Positions 1 to 9,400 of a DNA stretch of 33,587 nucleotides are shown here, piece by piece (the first letter of the stretch is position 1; the number at the start of each line of letters is the position of its first letter). The stretch is taken from positions 1 to 33,587 of IMG/VR virus record IMGVR_UViG_3300048881_000702, one strand, 5' to 3'. The translations under genes and the position numbers were made by a program. The notes below the pieces were generated by a model. It did not search any database, was not told where the DNA came from, and saw only the letters and a list, made by a program, of their open reading frames with translations. The DNA comes from a virus (Duplodnaviria > Caudoviricetes).

Positions 1-1
1 G

Positions 2-3000
2 GTGGCGATGCAGAGGTACACGAGGGCCACGGAGATCGCCCTGACCTACTCCCGTCTCCTGGGCGAGGACGCCAAGAGCATCGCCGAGGCCATGGCCAAC
101 TACGTCGAGGACCTCGGTGCCGACCTTGAGTACGTCGGCAAGGCGTTCTCCAACATCACCACGATGGCGATGGAGTCCGGATTCGGCGTCAAGCGGTTCT
201 ACGGGATGGTGCTCCAGGCCACCTCGGGTATGTCCATGTACAACGTGCGCCTTGAGGAGGCTGGCGGCCTCCTCATCCGCATCGGCCGCATCCTCGGCTC
301 CAAGGTCGGCGGCGACTTCCTCGCCACCCTCGGCAAGGGCTTCGTGGACGAGTCCATGCAGGACCGCTTCCGGCGGGTCCTGCTCACCGGTCGGGGCCGC
401 ACGCAGGAGGCGTACACCCAGACCGCCGCCGACACCGGCCAGGACTTCTTGAACAAGTGGCGGTCCGGGGGCAACGATCAGGTCATCGACGCCATGGTCG
501 CCCGGGATCGAGCCGGGAACCGCCCTGGCGGCCTCCACCAGACCGACGCGCAACTCGAGGCGGCTGGTCACCGGGACGCGGGCCGCTCCCAGTTGGACCG
601 GGCCCTCCTCCAGGCCATTCCGGAGCTCCGGGCGGGTCTGGCTGACGGGGCCGAGATCTCACAGGAGCACATGGTCAGCGTCCTTCAGGGGGCGAGCTCG
701 GAGGACCGCACGAGGATGCTCGCCGCGTTCGAGCAGGCCACGGGATCCGAGGACATGCGGCGCGAACTCCGCTCCCTCATCCAGGTGTCCGAGGCTTCCG
801 GCGGGAGCCTGGACGCCATGGTCCGGAACCTGGGACAACTGGACATGGGGGGCAAGCTCAACATGCTCCTGGGGTCCGGTGCCAGGCTGTTCGGCGGCGA
901 GGAGCTGCACAATCTCTCGGCCCTTCAGCTTGCAGCCATCGAGAACTCCGCGGGCCTCTCCGGGGAGCAGCTTGAGCAGATGATCGCGCTTTCGGAGGGT
1001 TTCCGCGGCAACTTCAGCCTTATGCAGGAGATAGCCGCCAACGAGCAGCGGTACGCCGGGATGAACGCCGACGCGCTGCGGGACGAGTTCGTCCGCCAGA
1101 CCGAGCAGTTCGGGGGATACATCACCTCGGACGGGCAGTTCCTCGCGGCGTCTATCTCCACGGATATGGACGGTACGCGGAGGGCCGTCGGCCAGCAGGC
1201 GGCCGACGCGAACGGCGTCATGCAGGATGTCACGCAGAACCTCAGCGAAGCCAACGGCTACTCCCGGTACATCCAGTCGCAGGGTGACCGTATGGAGGGC
1301 ATGATGGAGCAGAACAACGTCGACGCCAACCTCGCGGCGGCGCAGACCATCGCCGACAACACCTTCAAGATCACCGACATCCTCGAAATGGGGATCCAGT
1401 GGGTGCTTGAGCAGATCTATGGGGTCGTCCAGGGCCTGTTCAACTTCTTCGTCCGCAGCGACCGACCGAACAAGGCTGCGGCGTCGGAGGGGCTCCGGAC
1501 GCGGCAGATGGCTGCCCGCGAGTCTGCCATGGGACACGGGCGGAACATTCGGGGGATGCAGCGTCAACTGAGGGAGGGAGGTCTCACCGAGACCGAGGTC
1601 CGTGACCTCGAACACAGGATAGCGACGGAGACGGTGGCCCAGGAGCGGCAGCAGGGTGCCGCGGTCCTGTACGGGTCGGCTGCCCAGCAGGTCCTTCAGA
1701 CAGACGGCATGGAGCAGTCGGACGACTTCTGGGATCGGGTCGGGAACTGGGCCACCGGGGCCGACAACGCTGGCCAGGCGGCGGGTATCTCGCAGGACCG
1801 CTTCGCGGAGATGGCCTTGCAGATCGCGGGGGGAGACCCGGCCGTCATGTCCCGGATGCAGAGCGTGGCACCGAACCTCGCCCAGGCGATGGGGAACTAC
1901 GGGACGGCGGACGCGATGCAGCGGCGTGAATCTGGCCAGGTGGTCGATGATCGTCTCAATATGACCCTCGACGCCACGAACCAGAGCGCCAACAACCTCA
2001 CCGGGGCTTTGCAGAACTCGGCCGTCTGGGCGACGAGGCAGACGAACGAGGGCTGGCTGGACTTCAACGCCCCCCTCCTGGGAACTGGCGACATCGGCCA
2101 TAATGTCGGCGGCCTCACCAGGGCTGGCGGCTTCGCGAGCCAGTCGCTCGTGCTGACGAACGCACAGGGTGAGGAGATACAGGTCGACTTCCAGCACTGG
2201 GGCCAGATGATCGCCGCGGCCCAGGCTGACCACCTTGAGGCGAACGCCAGGAGATACATCACTGGGCATGGCGAAGTCACGGTGCCACCCAGGGGCACTA
2301 ACCAGGAGTTCGGCACGAACAGCGGGATGTCGGGGGTAGGGCAGGGGAACTTTACTCCGGCAGACGTCAGGGCGGCTATCTGGAGGGAGTTCGGCATCAT
2401 GTTCCAGCCCCACGGAGGGTCGCCGCAGGGAACGAGGCCGACGGAGAACGTGGCCGCGCGGTCTGGGAACATGGACGGTGGCATAGGGAACCTCTGGAAC
2501 GTCTTCGACGTGACCGACGAGTGGCGGAACGAACAGCATCGCCCGACTGGTGTCCGCCAGTCGTTGCCGAGCTCCCACATGTCCTTGATGCCGGGGGGTC
2601 TCGAAACCTGGCAATCGGAGGGCGAGCGTCTCGCCCGTATGAACCCGGAAAACCGCCCGGTGATGGGATCCGGATCTGACCTGGCTGCCGAGGAGTTCTA
2701 TCGGAACACGTCCACGGTCAACTACACGACGACGCGCAGGCACACCGACTCCGTCCACGGGGGAAGAGGCGAGTTGAACGTCGCGGCCTCAGGGATGCCC
2801 GTCGACACGTCCATGGGGCTTCCAGCCGCAGCTCGTCAGGCAGCGGCGTTCGATCCCTCCAACATCCCCCGAGAAGACCGTGTCCTCCTCGGGAACATCG
2901 CCACGACCCTCGGTGCCGAGGGCGAAGAGGACGAGCCGTCCTACTTCTCCAAGGCGGCGGAGGCGGCGCAGGCGGCGGAGGAGGCCAACTTGACGGGGGC

Positions 3001-3631
3001 GGACCGCCGGGAGGCCATCCTCAACGCCATGGGCCCCGAGGGCCGCCGCCGGTTCGACGAGGAGATGCGGGTGGAAGAGTCTCGGTGGGACGCCTACGAG
3101 CGCCTGCGGGCGGATCTCCCGGAGGAGATCGGCGCCGAGCTTGAAACGGCCATGACCAACTCCGAAAAGCGGGCCGGGGGTCAGCAACTCGGACGTATGC
3201 TCGGTTACTCGGGCCAACAGCTCGAGCAGTTCGAGCAGAGGCACATGTCGGGCTCGTACAGCAGGGGCGGAACCCACAGCGACGTCGCCCGAGCTCACCG
3301 CATGGAGGCGCGTGTCGGCCAGTCCCGCTGGGCGCAGCTTGTGGGCGGTGCGGGTGGCGACCTTGAGAGGTTGACCACGCCCGCCGCGCCCGACTTCATC
3401 TATCGGGGAACCTCCCACGGCGGTCGCATCACGCCTATCCACGGACGGGACGAGATCCTCGCCATGGGGCACCCTGGCGGACCGCTCGCCACCGGGGCCA
3501 GGGGACGCGGGGGACGGGGCGGAGGAGCAGGGCAGGCCATCAGGTTCGAGGTCAACAACTTCACCGACCAGCGAAGGATGCTCACCGCGATGCAGCGCAT
3601 CCTCAAGGACGGCGGGTACAACATCCGATGA
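2..3631 (+). CDS. Tail tape-measure-like protein, C-terminal part (probably 5'-truncated by the window edge; >=1209 aa)
   Basis: Frame open from the window start. Long Ala/Gly/Gln/Met-rich, helical-looking sequence with an amphipathic stretch (ILEMGIQWVLEQIYGVVQGLFNFFV). Ends in DFIYRG..GRITPIH..D....PGGP followed by a Gly-rich linker and a short terminal helix, a pattern I associate with tape-measure C-termini. Lies directly upstream of tube-initiator/hub/spike genes. Stop TGA 3629-3631. Confidence 0.7.
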   Translation: MAMQRYTRATEIALTYSRLLGEDAKSIAEAMANYVEDLGADLEYVGKAFSNITTMAMESGFGVKRFYGMVLQATSGMSMYNVRLEEAGGLLIRIGRILGSKVGGDFLATLGKGFVDESMQDRFRRVLLTGRGRTQEAYTQTAADTGQDFLNKWRSGGNDQVIDAMVARDRAGNRPGGLHQTDAQLEAAGHRDAGRSQLDRALLQAIPELRAGLADGAEISQEHMVSVLQGASSEDRTRMLAAFEQATGSEDMRRELRSLIQVSEASGGSLDAMVRNLGQLDMGGKLNMLLGSGARLFGGEELHNLSALQLAAIENSAGLSGEQLEQMIALSEGFRGNFSLMQEIAANEQRYAGMNADALRDEFVRQTEQFGGYITSDGQFLAASISTDMDGTRRAVGQQAADANGVMQDVTQNLSEANGYSRYIQSQGDRMEGMMEQNNVDANLAAAQTIADNTFKITDILEMGIQWVLEQIYGVVQGLFNFFVRSDRPNKAAASEGLRTRQMAARESAMGHGRNIRGMQRQLREGGLTETEVRDLEHRIATETVAQERQQGAAVLYGSAAQQVLQTDGMEQSDDFWDRVGNWATGADNAGQAAGISQDRFAEMALQIAGGDPAVMSRMQSVAPNLAQAMGNYGTADAMQRRESGQVVDDRLNMTLDATNQSANNLTGALQNSAVWATRQTNEGWLDFNAPLLGTGDIGHNVGGLTRAGGFASQSLVLTNAQGEEIQVDFQHWGQMIAAAQADHLEANARRYITGHGEVTVPPRGTNQEFGTNSGMSGVGQGNFTPADVRAAIWREFGIMFQPHGGSPQGTRPTENVAARSGNMDGGIGNLWNVFDVTDEWRNEQHRPTGVRQSLPSSHMSLMPGGLETWQSEGERLARMNPENRPVMGSGSDLAAEEFYRNTSTVNYTTTRRHTDSVHGGRGELNVAASGMPVDTSMGLPAAARQAAAFDPSNIPREDRVLLGNIATTLGAEGEEDEPSYFSKAAEAAQAAEEANLTGADRREAILNAMGPEGRRRFDEEMRVEESRWDAYERLRADLPEEIGAELETAMTNSEKRAGGQQLGRMLGYSGQQLEQFEQRHMSGSYSRGGTHSDVARAHRMEARVGQSRWAQLVGGAGGDLERLTTPAAPDFIYRGTSHGGRITPIHGRDEILAMGHPGGPLATGARGRGGRGGGAGQAIRFEVNNFTDQRRMLTAMQRILKDGGYNIR

Positions 3632-3645
3632 TGGAGGACGGGTAG

Positions 3646-4380
3646 ATGGCTGGAGAAATGAGAGGAGGGGCGGAGAGCTACTACGACCACATCAAGTCGG
3701 CCTTCAACTCCATGGAGGACGGCAGCAGCGGGAAGGGGATCCGGCCCGTCGTGTTCGACGTGATCGCCCCGGACGGCGTGACGAGTATGCTCGCCGACGA
3801 TCTCAAGATGGTCCTCCACGTCAACCCGAGCACCATGAGCGTCGCCTACTCCAAGATGATCAACCGCGAGCAGACTCTCGGCGGGTGGGTCGAGCAGCAC
3901 TGGGGGGACGGGTCGACCCAGATCACCCTCGAAATGGCGACCGGGGGGCTCATGCGGCTCGGCTCCGGCCTCTCCAACGTCACCGGACCGGCCGACTCCG
4001 ACGTGCTGATCACGCCGTCATCGGAGCGGGGGCTCGCCACCGGCGGCACCCGCCGGGAGACCATCGCCTACGACAAGTATCTGGACGTGCTGTCCCTGTT
4101 CCACCACAACGGCTCGATCTACGACACACGCGGGGCCATCGCCATGCAGGGGCGGATCCGCATCATGTTCGACGGGTTCTCCTGGTACGGGTGGTTCGAC
4201 ACGTTCTCGGTTCAGGAGGAGGCGGAGAGGCCGTACCAGTTCTCGATCTCCGCCGGGTTCACTGTTGAGCGGGAGTTGCACGAGCTCAGGACCTTCGCCG
4301 CCGTCGGGGACAACTGGTCCAGCCAGGTCACGGCCGACTCCGACGTGCTGGGCACCACGGGTCCGCAGGATGTCACATGA
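3646..4380 (+). CDS. Putative tail-tube initiator / baseplate-tube junction protein (tube-fold; positional analogue of T4 gp48/gp54, P2 gpU, Afp7), 244 aa
   Basis: GGAGG at 3633-3637, ATG 3646. Motifs LHVNPSTMSVAYSK..REQTLGGWVEQHWGD..TQITL and FDGFSWYGWFDTFSVQEEAERPYQFSISAGFTV. Sits between tape measure and hub. The CDS is secure; the function is inferred. Confidence 0.6.
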   Translation: MAGEMRGGAESYYDHIKSAFNSMEDGSSGKGIRPVVFDVIAPDGVTSMLADDLKMVLHVNPSTMSVAYSKMINREQTLGGWVEQHWGDGSTQITLEMATGGLMRLGSGLSNVTGPADSDVLITPSSERGLATGGTRRETIAYDKYLDVLSLFHHNGSIYDTRGAIAMQGRIRIMFDGFSWYGWFDTFSVQEEAERPYQFSISAGFTVERELHELRTFAAVGDNWSSQVTADSDVLGTTGPQDVT

Positions 4381-6473
4381 GCGGATGGACGATCCCCTGG
4401 ACAGGCGCGTCCGAGGACAGGATCGACGACGCCACCACGGTCAGCGGCGTGGCGACCGGTCTCGGCCTCACCGGAGCCGATCACGCGGAGTTCACGACGC
4501 ACGTGTCCAACAAGGGGAACAGCCTCCCCGGTGGGAACTTCGACGAAGTCGGGTACGCCCAGGACCTCGCCAACGGGATGATGGAGGAGGTCGGCCTCGA
4601 AGACTATCAACGCGACGTGCTCTCGACGGACAGGGCCGAGTTCGATCCCATCCTCACCGACCGGATCGCCGCCACCGATGGCGAGCTAAACCCCGCCGTT
4701 GAGCCGTCCGAGATCCAGTCCGCCTTCGATCTCCAGTCGCAGTACAGGCACCAGCCCTCCGAGGTGTTCGGGAAGCTCTCGACCGAGGGCTTCGACGTGG
4801 AGTTCGAGGAGCAGGAGGGGCCACCCATCAGCGGGGAGAACGCCAACCTCCGTAAGCTCTCCCCCTTCACCATCCGCCTCATCCCTCCCCAGGACGAGAT
4901 CGGCCTCACGTCGACCGCCCCGGCCGGGGGTGCCACACCCACCCAGTACACCTCGGCGCACAACTCCTATGCGGGCGTCGGCGGGTTCGCGTCCTCCCTC
5001 ACTGCCGCCCAGAACCTCGAGATTCATGCAGCGACCGAGACGTTGCTGGTCGAGGGGCAGATGCAGAAGACGGGCCTCATCGGACCCTACGACCTGGCCG
5101 ACGTGTACTCACAGCTCATCTCGATGGTGGTGGCGCCGCCCCTCGTCCTCCTGATCAACCCGTCCAGCATGAACATCCAGTACCAGAAGCTCCAGAACTA
5201 CCAGGTCACGGGGCGGAACGGCTTCCTCTTCCAGTCCTGGGGCGAGTCGCAGCCGACCATATCGTTCTCCGGCCGTATCGGGGCCTTCTACGCCGCCGAG
5301 AACAAGATGACTTCGACCGCGTGGGCGCAGTACGGGTATCAACCGTGGGGGATCTTCCAGGGTGACTACGGGGAGACCTCCACCCCGACGGGTCTCCAGG
5401 AGGCGTCCCGTTCCAGGTCGGCCTCATTCCAGAACTTCATGAACCTGCTCCGCCTCTACCGGAACAACGGGTACGTCAGGGACAGGATCGGTGGGTCCCG
5501 GGCCAACCACGCCATCGGCAACGTCGCCATTGAGTACGACGGGTGGTTCTACCAGGGGCACTTCGAGAAGATGGAGTTTGGCTTCGAGGAGCAGAACAAC
5601 CTCGGCGGCCTCAACTACTCCTTCGACTTCACCGTCAACTTCATGGAGGACCGGCGCGCCCCGTCCTACTACGTCAGCCCCATGACGAACGCTCTGCAAG
5701 GTGCAGCCGAGACCGGCGGCGGCGGCCAGTCCATCTCTGCGGCGCTCGCCACCGGCGGGTTCCCCCCGGACGACTTCGGCGACTGGACCGACGAGGACTG
5801 GGAGCCCGGAAAGACTCCGTGGTTCTCGGCGTCCATGCCGACGCGCCCCGACGGGTCGGCGATGTCCGCTGACGAGTGGTGGGCGTCCGTCAACGCCGGT
5901 CCTTCATGGGAGGGCCGTTCGGGGATGTCGGGGTTCACCTACGACTTCGGCGGCTGGGACCACGTGAAGACATGGGAGTCCGATGAGGAGTACCAGGAGC
6001 GGCTCGCCGAGGAGGCCGCCGCCAAGCAGGCCCTCGAGGATAAGTATGCCGACCCCCCGCCGCCCCCACCCGACCCCCCGGAACCCGCGATCCCGGGTAT
6101 CGGCGAGGACGCCAGGGCGATGGCGGACCAGATGGAGGAGGCGTTGACCGGCGGGGGCACCGACCTCGACGACGCTGTGTTGGTCGCCCTCCAGGAGCTG
6201 GCCGCGGCGATGGAGGTCCTGGCGGCCTCATACCCGCAGATGTCCCCGGTGATGGTGTCCATGCTCTACGGTGAGGCCATGCCGGAGGTCACGGGGGCCG
6301 CCCAGGCGATGGCGGCCGGACATGACGGTGCCTATGCCGACCTCGCCGCAGCCCTCAACGGTGTTGCGGCCATCATTCAGGGGAGCTCGATACCCGACAT
6401 CTGGAAGGCGGCCATCGTGAACGCCCTGTACAAGGCGGCCGCCGCTGCCGCTGCCGTCGGGGATGTGGAGTAG
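4377..6473 (+). CDS. Second tube-initiator-like paralogue with long acidic N- and C-terminal extensions, 698 aa
   Basis: ATGA overlap with the previous stop (4377-4380). The central region (~5142-5636) aligns by eye with the preceding protein (LLINPSSMNIQYQK; FQSWGE; YRNNG; YDGWFYQGHF; YSFDFTV). Confidence 0.6.
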   Translation: MSGWTIPWTGASEDRIDDATTVSGVATGLGLTGADHAEFTTHVSNKGNSLPGGNFDEVGYAQDLANGMMEEVGLEDYQRDVLSTDRAEFDPILTDRIAATDGELNPAVEPSEIQSAFDLQSQYRHQPSEVFGKLSTEGFDVEFEEQEGPPISGENANLRKLSPFTIRLIPPQDEIGLTSTAPAGGATPTQYTSAHNSYAGVGGFASSLTAAQNLEIHAATETLLVEGQMQKTGLIGPYDLADVYSQLISMVVAPPLVLLINPSSMNIQYQKLQNYQVTGRNGFLFQSWGESQPTISFSGRIGAFYAAENKMTSTAWAQYGYQPWGIFQGDYGETSTPTGLQEASRSRSASFQNFMNLLRLYRNNGYVRDRIGGSRANHAIGNVAIEYDGWFYQGHFEKMEFGFEEQNNLGGLNYSFDFTVNFMEDRRAPSYYVSPMTNALQGAAETGGGGQSISAALATGGFPPDDFGDWTDEDWEPGKTPWFSASMPTRPDGSAMSADEWWASVNAGPSWEGRSGMSGFTYDFGGWDHVKTWESDEEYQERLAEEAAAKQALEDKYADPPPPPPDPPEPAIPGIGEDARAMADQMEEALTGGGTDLDDAVLVALQELAAAMEVLAASYPQMSPVMVSMLYGEAMPEVTGAAQAMAAGHDGAYADLAAALNGVAAIIQGSSIPDIWKAAIVNALYKAAAAAAAVGDVE

Positions 6474-6474
6474 C

Positions 6475-9400
6475 ATGGCCGACAACCAACAGATGAATAG
6501 ACCCTTCGGGGGCACCTGGAAGCCGAACAAGACCGGGCTGGTCCAGTACACCCCCGACTGCATCGTCTTCATCAACGGCGACATCGAGCTCTCGACGACG
6601 CAGGTTGCGAGGAAGAAGCTCCCGCTCCAGCCCTTCATCACCCAGGTCAGCGTGGATGCGGGGATCGAGCCGGGGTCCCACTCGGCGTCCGTCACCCTCT
6701 CCGTCCCCCGCAACTTCGCCAGCGCCTACTTCAAGGACGGGGAGATGGCCCTCCGGCCCGGCCTCGAAGTCCATATCTACATCAGGGGGTACATGCCGAT
6801 CCCCGGCATCGCGGCACAGGGGGACACGACCGTCTTGGACTCCCTCAAGGCCGCCACCGCCAAGCTCCAGGAGTCCAACAACTCCAAGGTCGAGGAGATG
6901 GCCCTCCGGCCGTGGTACCACTGCTTCCATGGGGTCATCATCAGCGCCACGCACTCCTACTCGAGCGGGACGTGGGACGCCGGGTTCGAGTGCGCCGGGA
7001 TGTTGCACTTCTGGCAGTTCATGGACATGAGCACGAACGCCTCCATATTCGGCTCCCGGCCACGGGGGTCGCAGATGCAGTCGAGCCTGGTGGGCCACAA
7101 CTTCACCAACATGACGCCGTTCTCGATCATCTACTCTCTCTACCGGGACACGGCGGGTGCGGCCGGCGCCGTCGCCTTCGCCCTGTCCTCCTCGACCAAC
7201 GTGTCGGCCGTGGTCGGCGACGACATGAGCATGTTCCAGGCCACCCAGTTGTACTGGCAGCGGAGGTTCAGCCAGCGGATGTACGGCCTCAAGATGTACG
7301 GGGCCAACGGGGAGATGTTCAACACGGCGCAGGCAGCCCTCGTCGGGAGGTTGAGTTCCGGCGACCTCTCGAGGGCCGCCGCCGCCAACTACAACGCCGC
7401 CTCCGCACAGACCCACTCGGCGGCGTCTCCCCACCTGGCCGACCCGCCCGCCCACAGGGCGGCGGACCATGTCCCTGGGTCCCCCCACATACCGGCCATC
7501 GAGTTCGACGAAACAACGATGAGGCGGAGGTCCTCCGAGACCTCCGGCATCCCGGTCGCCGTCCACCAGCTCAAGGCGTACGTCACGGACATCTCCCAGT
7601 ACGGGAGCATCAACCTGTTCGAGTCGTCCTATGAGTCGAAGCTGGACATCGCCCAGGCCGCCACCACGGCCTGCGGGTACGAGTTCTACCAGGATGTCGG
7701 GGGCGACCTCATATTCAAGCCGCCCCTCTACAACCTCGACACGAGCATCAGCCCCGCCTACCGGATCCGCCCCCTGGACCTGATCTCGATCAACTTCACC
7801 GAGAACGAGCCCGTGGCGACCTACATGACGATCAAGGGCGAACAGTTCTCCAACATGAACGGCCTCGGCCTCTCCGGGGAGTTCGGGGTCCGGGGCAACT
7901 ACATCGACTACCCCCTGGTCGCCAAGTTCGGCTGGCGTCCCGGCGACATGGATGCCGCGTTCTACTCGACCGGAAGGGCAGCCTTCTGGGCCGCCGTGTC
8001 GCATCTCGACGTCCTGAACGCCGGGACCAACTCGTGCTCAATAACCATCCCCATCCGGCCCGAGCTCCGCACGGGCCATCCGATCTACGTCGAGCACATC
8101 GACTGTTTCTACTACATCGCGGGTCTGGCCCACTCGTTCTCGTTCGGCGGGAGCTGCACCACCACACTGCAACTGACCGCCAAGCGGGCCAAGTGGATAC
8201 CGCCCGGCGACCCCACCAAGAAGGGCATCGAGGCCGTCACCCTGGATAAGCCGCACTACCCGCCGAAGCCACTCTTCGCCACGGACATGTCGGGGCAGCA
8301 CGTCAAGGGGGTCGGGTTCCCGAACGTCGTCATGTCCCTGGACGTCAACAAGGCCGACCCCCTCCTCTGGGCCTTCGGGGCCGACCTGACCAACCTCGGA
8401 AACCCGAACACCATCTCCAACCTCATTCACGACCTCTGGGAAAGGGGACGCATCTGGAGGCAGACCACCACCGGCGGGACCTACGCCGCGCCGGCGAGCA
8501 CCCAGAACGCCGACCAAACCTTCGACGAGTTCGACCCCATCGCCACCGGCGGGACCTACTGCATCAGCCTCACCAACCTTGAGATCACCGCCCTCGGCGA
8601 CCGGCACGGGCAACCGTACTATGACAACTCCCTCGTGCGCGGCGGTGTAGGTGACGTCGGCTCCCAGGATGTCAACGGCACCATGACGCCTACGACGACC
8701 ACGACCTTCTCGTTCACGATGGATAACCTCCTGTCCCAGGCCACCCACTACCTCAACCAACTTGCCGCAGTCGAGGACACCTACAACGAAGGTCTGCGAG
8801 AGAACCCGAACAGCAACGCCGTGCGGGTTGCGTACTCGGCGGCACTGGAGCAACTGGAGACGAACTTGAAGTCCGGGGCAACCACCGACCCGTCGGGGGC
8901 GGCGATCCCCGGGGGTGGTGGTGAGGGCTCGGCGTCCATCTTCCATCTCATGCAGATCGTCCAGTACTTTCAGACCAACGGGGTGGGCGGTGTGAACGAG
9001 GGGGCGAACTACAACCCGGCGCGGCTCTCGAGTGCCGGTCTCTCCACCCTGCTCGCCGACAGGAAGGCGGCGTTCTCCAACAACAACACCCCCGGCTACT
9101 ACCGGTACTACTCGTCATCCCACCCGGACCCCGTCCACCACGCACACGGGGGATCCGTCCACAACGCCAGGACGGCGACCGGCCGCGTCCAGATGACGGA
9201 CATTCCGTCCGCCGTGGTATGCGACACGGCGAACCTCGCCGAGGGGATCGAGAACCCGCGTGTGAGGGCTCTGTTCAAGCCCACCAACCAGATCGCCGCG
9301 AACACCACCACCGGGGAGGTGGGGTACCCGCCGTTCCTCAGTTCGACCGACATGGAGGCCGGGTCCGACAACCCCTCACCTATCGCCACGGGCTTCGTGC

